A stretch of 64,000 bases of DNA, from positions 391,096,001-391,160,000 of the forward strand of contig OZ024740.1 in the NCBI GenBank assembly GCA_964016885.1, written 5' to 3'. The DNA is from Eledone cirrhosa (lineage: Eukaryota). Both the position numbers and the translations under genes were made by a program. The notes under the pieces were generated by a model, which worked only from the letters and a program-made list of their open reading frames with translations, did no database searches and had not been told where the DNA came from. Shown here one piece after another: positions 41,201 through 52,187 of this stretch. How positions within the stretch are numbered: position 1 is the stretch's first letter; the number at the start of each line of letters is the position of its first letter.

Positions 41201-44200
41201 CTCATGTGCCTCATAGCAAACATTCACATATTTCATGCTCTCTGTCCACCTATCAAGACTTCACAGCAGAGAATTTCTTTCATATAATCATATTCTGCTA
41301 TGTATTTTTTTCTGTTTTACAATAGAAAATTACAATATTTTCTTCAACATATGATTTCACATCAAGAATCTTACAAAACAGCTTTGTATCATAGAACCAG
41401 GGGTGTTTTGCTATCAAACAGAAAAATAAAATACTAAAATAAAATTGCTACTAACCTTGATATGCCTGTGTGTAGTGTGTCTGTGGATGCATCATAGGTT
41501 GAGTGCTGGGAGCATAGGAATGCTGAGGAGGTGCCTGAGCTGCAGGAGGCCAAGCATCAGCTGGGTTGGGCTGGACATAAGTGGTCTGTTGATAGATATT
41601 ACAATAAATACTTGTTTCTAGGTAAAGTTAAAAATAAAGCAATAAAACTGCTGTAGTATATAATGAACCAAAATGTCTTCATGATTGTACAGGCGTTCCT
41701 GCTATGACCATCCCATCATTTTGTAATATATCTCAAACTGGATTGTCCATTGTCAGTTTTACAGCGTCTACCTTTCTCTAACTTGACAAAGATCAAGTAA
41801 AAACAATAAAGTACTTATTGTTTAACACAAGGTCAACCATAATTCAGTAGATGTTTTACCAGCATGAGTGACCATATAGTCTTTTAGTAGATTGTGGACT
41901 TTTTTTTAAGAAGATAGAGCAAGATTTAGCTGCTATTTCTAGTTTATCAAGCGACCTTTTACAGGCTCCCTTATTTGCATTACATCAATCTTTGTATGGT
42001 GGGATTGTTAAAGCTAATAATTTTATATCTAGAAATAATTTGCCACCATTTTACATCCCCTTTCCATGCTGAGATGGGTTGGACTGTCCAAGTGAATTCT
42101 TATTCAGAGCTACTGCCCTCCTAGGTAGATCAAGAGACCACATTATGTTTGGACATTATACATTTTGGTATGGTTTCTATGACTGGACCCCCTTCCCAGG
42201 CTGTATTTTATCATGGCACCAAGATTAGAGTAAATGTCATGTCTTCAGCAGTCCTCTATAATCTATGTCATCAGTTTGATCAACTACTTTACAGAAAACT
42301 GACCTATCATTTCAAAATCAGGGGTAGGGGGTCGTAATCCTAGTATGGGCCTATTTCAGGTAGTCAGCTGGAGTTAGCTGAGCCTGAGACCCAAATTGTG
42401 GAACCAACACTAGAGAGATTGTTATGGCCTCAACAATATTAAAAAGTCCCCTCTCTCTAATGCCATTCACACTGGTTATGAAGTAGGTGTATTAGCTAAA
42501 CTGAGGCCAGCAGAGTAATGTACCTTGTAAATGGCTTCAATATAAATGTTGGAACTTTTCACATAGCTACCGAGTATCAAAATGTGGAAAAATAAGAAAT
42601 TAGTTAAATGATTCAAATTGGCACTAAGATCCTTTATCAAACATCAGATTAAACCAACTATATTTCCATTGCTCACCAGATCAAACCAAAGAAAGTATGT
42701 TTCCATTGGTCTTTCTATTGCTAATACAATCTGTTGGTCATCAGATCAAACCGAGGAAACTGTTTCCACTGCTGATACTATCTGCTGGTCCTAACTCTTG
42801 GTGTTACTGGTTTTCTGATGACAAGGCAAGATTTGAACTCAGAATGCATAGAGCTGCAAGAGACACTGCAAAACATTGTCCAACTCTAACAATTCACCAT
42901 TCCTGGACTGGCACTTTATTTATTGATCCCAAAAGGATGGAAGGCAAAGATCACTTTGGAGGGGTTTGAACTTAGAGCAGAGGGAGCTGGACCAAGTACC
43001 AAAGTATTTAATCCAACACTGTATTTAATTCCCCATCTGAAAATAACAAGACTATAGAGTAATGATTGTTAAATACCTGTTGTGAAACTGGCTGGTAATG
43101 TCGGTGCCTCTGTGGTGGCATTATTGGAGTAGATGCAATAGATGATGTTGACTGCACTACAGGAGGAGGTTGGCTTTCAAGCTTGGCTCCACGAAAATGT
43201 GGATTGATGAGTATTTTACGTCCTTGCTGTTGTGAAGGGTTGCTACTGGTAGGAGCCACAACAACTGATGCAGGGGCTGCTAGAGGTGCCGATGATGGCA
43301 TAGATACCGGTTGGCTATAGTGATGAGGGGGAACCGCAGATTGAGGCTGATTAGTTACCACAGCTGGATGTTGTGGCTGTGGTTGCTGGTACATGTGACT
43401 CGGATGGTGGATTACCTGAGGGGTAGAAACAGGATTAGGAGATGGAGGAGGGTGATGGTGGTGTTGTTGCAAGTGTTGTTGCTGTTGGTGGTGTTGCTGC
43501 TGATGGTGATAGAGATGTTGTTGTTGTGGTGGTGGTGGTGGTGGTGGTGGTTGCTGTTGTGTTTGCTGTTGTTGCTGTAGATGAGGTGGGTTTGTGTTGT
43601 GATGTTGATTATAGCTCCCTCTTCCTGTAATTGTGATAGGATACACTTCAGTCTCGGGAACAGTTATGTTGGGGTGGTTCTGAACTTTATAACTGGCAGC
43701 TGCTGCTCTCTTGTCAGCCATATGTTGTGGCTGCATGCTAGAAGCTGCGGTGCTGCTTGTCCATGTGTTGTAAGTGGTCTGTCTGGCATGTACTCTGTTA
43801 TCATGCCCTCCACGGTGGCCACGTCTTCCTCCACGCCGGTTCCGCTCGTTTAAAAACTGATCAATCTGTGCTTGTTGTTCTTCACTTATCTCTAAATTGA
43901 AATAAGAAGAAAATTATTGATTATTATTATGGTTATTAATGTGAAATTATAGCAAAAATATATTAATACAACAGGAGTTTTAAAGTCATTTATGGGGCCC
44001 AAAAGTATAACCCTTTCTTTAGCGGGGGGTTAGGTTTGTGGGCCCTTTGAGAGACTTGTCTACTTTGCCCTATCTAATGTGTCTTCCCTCACTAACACCC
44101 TGGCTTTCATTTCCTCCAACATCTCTAGCTATAGCTTTCTTGGTCTACTCATTTCTTTTTCTCCCTCATTCATTTCCATCACTCCTCTCATTCAGTCACT

Positions 44201-47200
44201 TCTCAACATATGACCATTTTAAGGCCATTTTCCCAACTGCAGTAAGGATCACCTCTTATGAAATACACTGCCTATGATTTTCAATTAATTTTTAACATCA
44301 TGAATAGTTTTGAAAGATTTAATAAGATAAACTTTTTCATTATTAAGTCACCATGAGGTCCTTTTCATGGCAATATTTTACAACTAGATGTTCTTCTTGG
44401 TGCCAGCCCATGTCTCTCTCTTACGACACAGGGTCATGGTGTATCTATTCTAAAGGATATACACATGGTGTATCTATTCTAAGGGATACACACAGTGAGT
44501 GTTCAACATAACCCTTACGCAAGATATGAAAACAATTACCCAATGTATCTGGAATGTCTGTCCTTGTTTTTGGCTTTGTAGTTGCAATGGAGATAATGTT
44601 GGAACGTTCACTGATGAAACGGCCTCGTCCTTTCTCTTCATCCTCACTCTCACTGCTTTCCTCAAAGCCTTTAATAGTTTTGTCCTGTAAAAAAATTAAT
44701 AACATGAGTAATTAAAAATTCCAGTTGATATCATTTACAAATTACTTTTTGTTTATTACGAAGAAAAAAAATTAATTTATAGCTCATACCCATATAAGTT
44801 TAGCAAGCCTATGATGTTGTATCTGATAGGAAGTTTCTAGGGTGTTCTAATGATAGAGACCCCAGTCCTATCATTAATAACAGCAATATGAATTGAAGCA
44901 TCTTTCTCAAGAACTGTTGTTTGGTACAGGAATTGAATTCATAACATTATGACTGAGTCCAACACCCTAAACACTAGGTCACGTGCCTTCACAAATGAAA
45001 TTTAGATCTAACACCTATGTAGGTTTAGCTAGCTTCCTATGGGGTTGCATCCATAGCCAACTATATCTTAATTTCTAAGACCCCACCTCCCCCGCACATC
45101 ACCTTAGTCTTTTAACCCTTCTATTACCATATTTCTAATGGAAGACACTGCCTATAATTTTCAAATAATGTTAAAAATATATCGAGGATTTCAAAAGATT
45201 TAGTCAAATAATTTTCTTATTATTTAATAGATTTTTCAAATATAACAAATGTTCTTATGAAATTATAATGGAAGGTTTTTAGATAAATATAAACATTTTA
45301 AAACAAACTGTTTCGATGAGCACTTGGTTGTTTAATCAACCGGATGTGATGTGCAGACACGGCTGACCTTTTTAAATACACGTACAGTCCATCTGATTCA
45401 TGCAACAAAGACGTCTTTTTGAAATACAAGTACAGTCCATCTGATGCCCATCTAACTTATGTGACAAGGCCGTCTCTTTGAATTACAGGTACAGTTCATC
45501 TGATGACCATGTATGTGACTTATGTGACAAGTTTGTCTCTCTGAAATACTGGTCCATTCCATCAGATGGGTTTCCATACAATTTCTATCTATCCAATTTC
45601 ATTCACAAAGCTTAGGTCAACCTGAGGCTATGCTAAATGACATGACACTTGCCCAAAATGCCAGGTAGGTGGGATCAAACCCAGAACCTTATGAATGCGA
45701 AGATAAATTCATAAACAACATTCACTAAATAACATAACATACTGAGTGTTAAAAACATTAAAAACTGATTAAGTGATATAAAAGAAGCCACATACCTCAT
45801 AGTCTTCCTCTTGACTCTGGAATGATTCATAATCATTAACAGAGTGGCTGTAGGTATCAGTACCTATCTCACTGATTGATTGTCCTGTCATATTGGAAGC
45901 AGCAAAATGGTCAGCATTTCCATCCTGTGTAATGTAAATGAACTTTCATAAATCACAGTAAAATATTCTACTTTATAGTGATGTTATGTTTTTTTTTTAC
46001 TCTAGGAGCCTAGAATGGTTTAGGTTCAGGCACAAGGCCAGCAATTTTGGAGGAAGGGCAAGTCGTCAATTAAAAGAATTACTCTGGTTTAATACATAAC
46101 CTTAAAAATAAAAAGGTTGCTAGGAGAATTGAAAAGGGTTCCTATATTGGAAGGTGATTTATACTGTATAAGATTCTCTCGTGCATTTTTGGGAGCAAAC
46201 AACAAATGTTAAACCTTTATGAGCTGAAAGATAGTGTGTGTTTATACTAAATAGAACTTCAATAATAAGAGAGAGAAACAAAAGGAGAAAAAGAAGGCTA
46301 CAGTGTGTTCAAAAGTGTAACTGAAGTACATTTATGTAGCGTTGAACAAAATGTGGTCTTTACAAACCCCCCTGGTCATGGACCATGACAACCTAGATGA
46401 CATAAAAGGATGATGACAATATTGTATTTATGGTACGACCAACTCTAGTGAAAATAATTATTTCATTTCAGGAAAGTTTTAACAAAAAGAGTTGAAATGA
46501 GAAGTATTGCCTCACCTCAGTAAGGTTCCCTTGTCCAGTCTCAAAGTCATCTAACTCAGAAGGATCAGCAACTTCAATGACATCTTCCCCTTCAAAATCA
46601 GCATCAGAAGGTACTCTAAAATTAGGAAAGATAAAAAAGAAATTTTTCATTTCTGAAATAGTTCTTTATGAATTCCAATATAAAAGATAAATAATCACCA
46701 GGATGACAATACAACAGCAAGTGTTTTCAAGCCATTTTCTCTGTTAAAAGAAGGTTTAGCCTTGTGGGGCCCCATGACAAGCTTCTCCAACCCACTTCAC
46801 TATCACCTTGGCTTTCATTTTCTCCTCCATTTTTATCCATGTCTTCTTGGTCTTCCCATTCCTCATCCATTCCCATCACTTCTCTCAGTTAATTTCATCC
46901 TTCCTCAACACATGACCAACCATCTCATTCCATAACATTTATGAGTATATTGCTCATAATAAACTATTTCTCACACTATTGTCATTGTATTTTTACAGTT
47001 GTATTAGTTAAAACATAGGGTTAGATATATCTGTCAAACTTACTCTAATAACTCATATTCTTCCATTTCAAGTTCATCTCTTCTTTTTAGCTGACTCTGA
47101 TACTGAGTCTGAGATGGGATTCCTGAAGTATTGCTAGATGGAATCTTTTCAGCTTTAACTGTTGAGTCTTTAGTAGTTTCACTGTATTCATTGTCACTAC

Positions 47201-49955
47201 CAAGCAGAGCATCTTCATCAAGTTCTTCATCAGACTCTTCTTTTTCCTAAAAAGAAAAAAATATATATATATACATACATATATCATCATCACTATTTAA
47301 CACCCATTTTTCCATGCTAATGAAAAATATCCAAGAGTTCAAATTAAAATATAAATGATCAAAAAGTTAAATTTAATTAAGGTGTTTAGTAAAACAGAAT
47401 AGTCATTATTAAGCTGGTGTTTATAACAAAGGTCTTTACATAAAATTATCATAGAAATATTTTCATCACCTTTAATGTCTATTTTCCATGCTTGCATAGA
47501 GTAGATGGGTTGTCATGTTGAATCTAGACAAGCAGGCCAAATGTCTGTGTCTTGTTTATATGTTCCATTTTGGCATGATTTCAATAACTGGATGCTCTTC
47601 CAACAACTTCATGGCTTGTGCCAGGTCCGTTTCCTTGTGGTACCACCACTACACCACTTAAAGTGGACTGGGGCTATTTTTTGTGCCACCAGCACTACCA
47701 CTTTATAGTGTGGACAGGATGCTGTTTTTTGTGCCACTAGCATTACCACTTTCCAGGTTTGACTGGATGCATTTTATCGTAGCACCAGTACTTGAAAGAG
47801 TGAGCTGAGCTCAGCACATTCTTATTGATGTTGCAAAGGGCATCCAGTCAGAGAAAAAAAAAAGATGTGTATGAGCAAGACATGGTCATCTAACCTGACT
47901 AGTCTCAATGTGACAACCCATCTAACCCATGCATGGGAAACAGATGTTAAACAGTGATTGTGATCATGTATCAGCACTATCACATTCTGTTACATATAAA
48001 TATAAATATTTTAAATTAAAACAGTTTATAATCATAGATCCAGGGGGCAGTTTCAGGTGGTTTGGTATTTAAAAGTGGGTTAAAAGTGGAATAATAATTA
48101 CCTTAGAACTTTGAAATGCACTTATACCCAAGATGTCATCTTGCAACAGATCTTCATCACTAAATATATGAAAAAGAAAAAAAAAAAAATTACTCATTTA
48201 TAAACCATCAGAATCTTCCACCATCAACCCTCACTAGCAGGGAAAATGGACATTATATGATGATGATGAGTACTACCTGACAGTTAGGGATGTTGTCTAT
48301 TTCTTAAGTTTATTAGTGTGTGTGCCCGTGGGCAGCTAAAAATGCTGTATAGTATCAGTATTAAGTGGCTATTGTGTATGCTAAACATTTGTTTGTGATT
48401 ATGTAGAGGTCTCTGTTGGGTTAGTATGGAAGATTTGCTTTAATACAGATAATGTAGCGTTTAAGAGGACCTTTTTAACTCTGCTGAAAACGTAACTTCT
48501 CTAGTGCTGGTGCCACAATCAAGTGCAACCAGTACACACTGTAAAATGGTTGGCATTGAGAAAGGCATCAAGCTCTAGAGACCATGCTGAATATGGAACG
48601 TAAGAAAATGACATGGTTCTTTCATCCATCTAGTCTCAGACTTTTGCTTTAGCAAGAAAAATGGCCTTAAAATGCTTGTTGTGTATTGTATTTAGCCTTG
48701 TGGTCTCAGTAAACCTCGGACACAATGTCCAGTTTAACATCACAACTTTGTCCTTGGATGCCTTTAATGGTGCCCACTATATTTATTATAAACATCCTGG
48801 TTTGGCCTCTAGTTTTGAGGCTAACTCCCTCATATAAAGATATATGCAAGCCACTCTACAATATGTTTATGTATAATAAACATACATTTAGCCTCGCTAT
48901 CATCAGAGTAGTATATGCATTCATTTCAATGTTGTTACAATTCGTCAGCACTTGATTTACTTACACCTAGAGGCACAGAAATATTAAAAGGTCAAGAATG
49001 CTGACCTTCCCTGAGTCAGCAGTAAAAAAAAAACAAAAAAAAATAGTAACAGGATATTTTAACTAAGAAATAGCACTGATGGGTGAAAAATTATTTCAAT
49101 TTGTGGAATGTTAATAATGACAAAATTTAACAACATTTTTTTTCAAACTAAAAATAAACAACAATGCAACAAGAAAATTTAATAAATTTATAAATATATT
49201 TTTTAGAAATAGGTGAATTGAATGAAATTTGGAACAATCATACATTTTTTTACTGGTTTCAGTTATTAAACTGTGGCTATGCAAGGGCATAACTTTTACT
49301 GGTTACAGCCATTAAAATACAACCATGTTGGGGTACTGACGACTTCTACTGGTTTCAGTTATTAGACTGCAACGATGTTGGGGTACTGCCTTCTTTTACT
49401 GGTTTCAATCATTAGAGTGCAACCATGCTGGGACACTGCCTTCTTTTACTGGTTTCAGCCATTAGACTGTGGCCAAGATGGGGCACTGCCTTCTTTTACT
49501 GGCTTCAGTCACTAGACTGTGGCCATGCTGGGGCATTGCCTTATTGGTTTCAGTTATTAGACACTGATCATTTCTACAGTTGGAAGCCCTTCCTATCACC
49601 AAGGCCAACTTTGTCACACTGAATCACACTGACAATTATGTTTAGGGTACACACGTCTGTGGAATGTTCAACCACTTGAACGATAATTTCATGAGCAGGC
49701 TGTTCCATTGATCAAACACCAGGAACACTCAACACCCAAACCCATGTAGGTTCATTCCATTCTTCAAAGGGAACTGTAAGGATTAAGAATCATCCTCCTC
49801 ATCATCACCATCCATTTTTACATGCTAGCATGGGTTAGATGAGTTGTCCCGTTGTGAGACAAGCCAGATCAGATAACTGTGTCTTGCTCATACATATAAG
49901 ATGAAAGCACTTACCTGTCCCATGATGCTGCTGTTGGTCTGTTTTTCCGAGACAT
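17203..49955 (-). CDS. RBM33: RNA-binding protein 33 orthologue, full spliced CDS: 17 coding exons, ~1470 aa, C-terminal RRM
   Basis: Exons joined manually; every intron is GT-AG and phases match (total 4413 nt). Recognised RBM33 motifs occur in the expected order: N-terminal WDS-DEDLL and acidic SDEEL; GRFISER...DIPDTLEIS; RRGGRRG; KILINPHFRG; coiled coil EQQKRMRAEVIRRKELRR; C-terminal RRM ending FHRHMLDLSHINV. Confidence 0.92.
17320..17484. mobile_element. piggyBac-derived MITE (family 1)
   Basis: TTAA-C(T)CTTTAGCATTTA...TAAATGCTAAAGGG-TTAA. Confidence 0.85.
18390..18862 (+). mobile_element. RTE-clade LINE 3' fragment
   Basis: Degenerate translation HESWIM...EMKFL.RV...PRGRPQARWLD; the same tail recurs at ~39485-39535. 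Confidence 0.75.
18876..18964 (-). CDS. RBM33: RBM33 coding exon 16, RRM (SLQLLKSQRKALIRFRTGDQAQKFFKKFHR)
   Basis: CTTAG acceptor, AG|GTAAGT donor, 89 nt; resembles SLQMLPQQRKAIAKF...FHR. Confidence 0.93.
19143..19461. mobile_element. hAT (Charlie-like) MITE nested in a family 2 MITE
   Basis: Ends CAAAGGTCTCAAA...TTTGAGACACCTG; degenerate 8-bp TSD ACTTACAG/ATTTAAAG. Confidence 0.7.
19870..20320 (-). mobile_element. RTE LINE 3' fragment with internal duplication; related pieces at ~44030-44230 and ~46740-46935
   Basis: Same sequence family as 40150-40560 (GHVL...RGRGK.RKTW on the minus strand). Confidence 0.65.
20751..20873 (-). CDS. RBM33: RBM33 coding exon 15, RRM N-terminal half (MIAVDNLSSSTTERTMHQMAKSCGHVE)
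   Basis: TTTAG acceptor, GAG|GTAAAC donor, 123 nt; LSSSTT motif of the RBM33 RRM. Confidence 0.92.
20992..21249. mobile_element. TTAA-flanked MITE (family 2); further full or partial copies at 1-158, 7450-9443, ~19026-19560, ~19637-19860, ~45113, ~50180-50590, ~59335-60020 and ~60960
   Basis: TTAAC(C/T)CTTT...AAAGGGTTAA ends and a shared body (CTGGTTCTATGATACAAA...CATTAGAAAT). Confidence 0.75.
21869..23424 (-). CDS. RBM33: RBM33 coding exon 14, large Q/P/G/M/R-rich low-complexity exon
   Basis: ACCAG acceptor, AGG|GTAAGT donor, 1556 nt, open, phase 1 to 0; contains most of ORF 21815..23287. Confidence 0.9.
24257..32046. repeat. 43-bp tandem satellite, ~180 copies, in RBM33 intron 13
   Basis: Consensus ACAAGACTGTAATGTACCAGGTTCAGTTAACACAACACA(A/G)TAT repeated continuously, ending inside exon 13. 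Confidence 0.98.
32034..32175 (-). CDS. RBM33: RBM33 coding exon 13, coiled coil (DEESKLLREKLEQQKRMRAEVIRRKELRR...KLAEQ)
   Basis: TTTCAG acceptor, AAG|GTACTT donor, 142 nt; resembles RBM33 DEETRLYRLKIEEQKRLREEILKQKELRR. Confidence 0.92.
33155..33329 (-). CDS. RBM33: RBM33 coding exon 12 (VNPLISPKRNRQ...LTQSD)
   Basis: TTTCCAG acceptor, GAT|GTAAGA donor, 175 nt, phase 2 to 0. Confidence 0.83.
33650..34270 (+). mobile_element. RTE-clade LINE fragment (RT C-terminus with Cys-rich insertion)
   Basis: GLKVNLTKTKV...GKWPC...WIHKRC...VDSFCYLGD...ARVRTGWKKFRELLPLL...KGRLY...MLHGSEAW. Confidence 0.88.
34290..34660 (+). repeat. SINE-like element with internal ~48-bp tandem repeats; related copies at ~17500-17880, ~21380-21740 and ~47470-47790 (inverted)
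   Basis: Unit CACAACAAAAAGCACC..CCCACACTGTAAAGTGG x4-5, followed by the family tail CCCATCTAACCCATGC...GATGATGATG. Confidence 0.7.
34661..35711 (-). mobile_element. Internally deleted piggyBac transposon carrying the N-terminal transposase ORF (34996..35496)
   Basis: TTAA TSDs at 34657-60 and 35712-15, ends CCCTTTAG...CTAAAGGG. The ORF has an acidic N-terminus and PGBD-type motifs (TGP...ALDYFFFFLP...EINRYAQQ...WRPT...EMQAFF...MFG...P). The insertion splits a SINE-like tail. Confidence 0.9.
36080..36300 (-). mobile_element. Penelope-like reverse transcriptase fragment
   Basis: KMDLAYANIF and DELTAFISHINNT.LSLECTSTVSD resemble the PLE motifs MGP.YANIF and EL..F....N..HP.L.FT. Confidence 0.55.
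36626..36803 (-). mobile_element. tRNA-derived SINE; near-identical copies at 56532-56710 (-) and 63920-64000 (-, truncated), related copy at ~55546-55700 (+)
   Basis: A box TGGCAGTATCGGTAGA and B box GAGTTCAAATCC on the minus strand; multiple dispersed copies. Confidence 0.85.
36829..37022 (-). CDS. RBM33: RBM33 coding exon 11 (PSHQEMLSAQ...KYQRLR)
   Basis: TGTAG acceptor, CG|GTAAGT donor, 194 nt, phase 0 to 2. Confidence 0.83.
37335..37580. repeat. ~39-bp degenerate minisatellite
   Basis: GGTTTAGAATAGGTACACTGTATCC repeated about 6 times. Confidence 0.8.
38685..38910. repeat. 42-bp minisatellite (~5 copies) in RBM33 intron 10
   Basis: TTTATAAC recurs every 42 bp from ~38729 to ~38897. Confidence 0.85.
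39021..39373 (-). CDS. RBM33: RBM33 coding exon 10 (GAPQPIQSLAP...QVQPVQ)
   Basis: TTTCCAG acceptor, CAG|GTAACA donor, 353 nt; lies within ORF 38973..39455. Confidence 0.9.
39950..40057 (-). CDS. RBM33: RBM33 coding exon 9 (AAPQHQNLQAPPPP...PPQYS)
   Basis: AATAG acceptor, CTG|GTATTT donor, 108 nt, phase 1/1. Confidence 0.85.
40150..40560 (-). mobile_element. RTE LINE 3' fragment
   Basis: ORF 40139..40366: HVLRQDEIDWVRGVME...GSRGRRPRKTW. Confidence 0.75.
41456..41585 (-). CDS. RBM33: RBM33 coding exon 8 (TTYVQPNPADAWPP...QAYQ)
   Basis: AACAG acceptor, AAG|GTTAGT donor, 130 nt; P/Q-rich. Confidence 0.85.
43077..43891 (-). CDS. RBM33: RBM33 coding exon 7 (EISEEQQAQID...RRGGRRG...poly-Q/H/P...KILINPHFRG...PVSQQ)
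   Basis: TTTAG acceptor, CAG|GTATTT donor, 815 nt, phase 1 to 0; overlaps ORF 43008..43736. Confidence 0.92.
44540..44684 (-). CDS. RBM33: RBM33 coding exon 6 (DKTIKGFEESSESEDEEKGRGRFISER...DIPDTL)
   Basis: TTACAG acceptor, G|GTAATT donor, 145 nt; conserved RBM33 block. Confidence 0.92.
45796..45924 (-). CDS. RBM33: RBM33 coding exon 5 (DGNADHFAAS...QEEDYE)
   Basis: ACAG acceptor, GAG|GTATGT donor, 129 nt, open, phase 0/0. Confidence 0.8.
46516..46615 (-). CDS. RBM33: RBM33 coding exon 4 (VPSDADFEGEDVIEVADPSELDDFE...)
   Basis: TTTTAG acceptor, GAG|GTGAGG donor, 100 nt; lies within ORF 46468..46650. Confidence 0.87.
47044..47246 (-). CDS. RBM33: RBM33 coding exon 3 (EKEESDEELDEDALLGSDNE...EEYELLE)
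   Basis: Polypyrimidine-TAG acceptor, GA|GTAAGT donor, 203 nt; acidic motif resembles RBM33 SDEELNDDLLQSDNE. Confidence 0.88.
48102..48159 (-). CDS. RBM33: RBM33 coding exon 2 (SDEDLLQDDILGISAFQSSK)
   Basis: TTTAG acceptor, AAG|GTAATT donor, 58 nt, phase 2 to 0. Confidence 0.85.
49247..49562 (-). repeat. 50-bp tandem array of a SINE 3'-tail unit
   Basis: TTCTTTTACT at 49391, 49441 and 49491; about 6 copies. Confidence 0.85.
49915..49955 (-). CDS. RBM33: RBM33 coding exon 1 (MSRKNRPTAASWD); exon starts at 49999 with 5' UTR
   Basis: TTTCAG acceptor at 50000, in-frame stops upstream of the ATG, AG|GTAAGT donor, phase 2. Confidence 0.8.
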
Positions 49956-51251
49956 GCTTAGAGTATTTTGGGTCTTAATTTAAGATATTCATATAGAAAC
50001 TGAAAGATGAAAAATAAGCCAGTTCATATCATATTGCTTTTGTGGCAGTATTTCTAATGAAATACATTTTTTCAATTTCAAGGGATTTACAAAAATGAAT
50101 AATTATTTTGTTATTAAGATAGTATATGGTTATGTAAAATTATTTTGGAAAATTGTAATTCAAAGTAGAATCCTTGAAAATTAGGAGCTTTGTTTCAGAG
50201 AATCGTAGGCCAGGTTGGTATCGTATTCAATTTGTGCAGCTCTTTTTAAAAATATTATTAACACATTAGAAATATGATGTCTATTTAAAAATATTCAAGA
50301 ATCTAAAAAAGAATTTAGTAATTTAACTTTTTCTTTATTAAGCTGGTGTTTGAAATAAATTTAAATATGAACCCTTTAAAACAAACAACTTTGTATTGTA
50401 GAACCAGTAGCAGTTTGGTGTTAAAAAATAATAATATTGGAGGGATTTAGTAAAACAACTAACTTTCTTATTAAGCTGGTGGTAACAAATGTTCTTAAAT
50501 AAAATTATAACAAAAGGTTTAAATTTAAATAACTTTATAACAAATAGCTTTGTATCATAGAACCAGAGGCAGTTTGGTGTCAAAAGAGTTTTAAAAAAAC
50601 GATACATCATATCTAATTTGAAGAAAAATCAAAAAACCTTTAAGTATTATAACTCATTCTTGAAACAATTCTATTATCTATTTTAGAAAACAAAAAAATA
50701 CAAGTACATGCTGACAAAATTAAAAACATGCAGTATGCACTATGATTTATATAATTGTTTCATCTATAAAGAACTTAAAAAAAAAACTAACAAAGCTAAC
50801 TTAATGGAAATCAATGGACAGGGTAAAAATATTGTAAAACAACTGAATTTGGAAAAATACACCAAACCATATATTTCTAAACCCCTTAGATTTAACCTTA
50901 AAGACCATAAAAAGATTTTATTAGTGACCTATCTATTAGATTAATATATCCTTCGACCTCTGATATTGGAAGAATTAATACCTACTATTAAGCAGAAAAC
51001 TACACTGAATTTACAGGGAAATACCAATAATGTTAAATAGTAGTTTATTAAATTGGATAATAAAATGTGAAATTTTTGCAATTTGATATTGATAATTATT
51101 ATGCATCTATTTCTATCCTCCTAAATGAAGCTCTATCTATGGCTTTAGATTTTACTAATATTACAAGACAGGAAATTGATATTGTCTTAGCTAGAGGCAC
51201 TGTGACTGTAAAATCATGATAATATCTTAATAAAATCAGATTGTCACCTCT

Positions 51252-51480
51252 TTAACCCTTTAGCATTTAAATCGGCCATATCCAGCCAGAATTCTCTCAA
51301 CTCTTTCTGTTCAAACCAGCTGTAACTGGCCGCTTATACTGATGTTAAGGTATTTTTCTCAAAACAAATAACATCAAATTCTCGTAGATTCGATATTATG
51401 TGAGATAATTATGTAAGATAAAGCCTTTACTACAAAAATACAATAATATATATAGAGTAATGTAAATGCTAAAGGGTTAA
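51252..51480. mobile_element. piggyBac-derived MITE (family 1)
   Basis: Perfect TIR CCCTTTAGCATTTA with TTAA TSDs. Confidence 0.9.
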
Positions 51481-51984
51481 GACATATATTCTAGGGGTGC
51501 ACAGATATGCATATTGGCCACTCATTATAAAGTAATTAATTATGTGATGTGATATGAAAATATGTATTATAATTAATCACAAAATTAGGTTAATTTTACT
51601 GTAGGAGGTAACATATATGAATCTCCAAGAAATCATCTGAAAATAGGGAAATTTTAATATTTCACATAATAATTAACAAGATCCTAAATTTGATCATTAA
51701 ATTTTATTTTTGCTTTAATAATTTAAAATAACAGGAATTATATTACTGGAAAATGTTTGAATACCTTTAAATAAACATAATTTGAATATTTATAATTCAT
51801 AAATTATGAATTAATTCCATTTTAAAAGATCAATCAAACATATCCTCTCAGGTGGCTAGGAGGGTTTCTCTTCTACTTTAACCTAGTTTTTTTTAATTTA
51901 TTACTACTCCTTCATGTTGAGCTTATACTATATCATAATCACTATTTTATTCTGAAAATAGTAAAACTCCTCTGTTAATACATC

Positions 51985-52187
51985 TTAATCCTTTAGCATT
52001 TAAACCAGCCGTATCTGGCTAAAATTATCTCACCTTTTTCTGTTCAAACTGGCCGTACATAATAACATTAAGTTATTGTTTTCAAAATATATATCAAAAT
52101 CTCGTAGATTCGATATTATGTAAGATGAAGCCTTTACCACAAAAATACAATAGTATATATAGAGTAATGTAAATGCTAAAGGGTTAA
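51985..52187. mobile_element. piggyBac-derived MITE (family 1)
   Basis: Same TIRs and body as the 51252 copy. Confidence 0.88.

Noticed and set aside
40950-41300. Possible DNA-transposon nuclease remnant (minus-strand VHVVFDRQCDPIK)
   Set aside because: Only one short motif is recognisable, too little to call without a profile search.
43311-43853. Plus-strand hydrophobic ORFs (poly-W/V/L)
   Set aside because: Antisense shadows of the poly-P/Q/H RBM33 exon 7.
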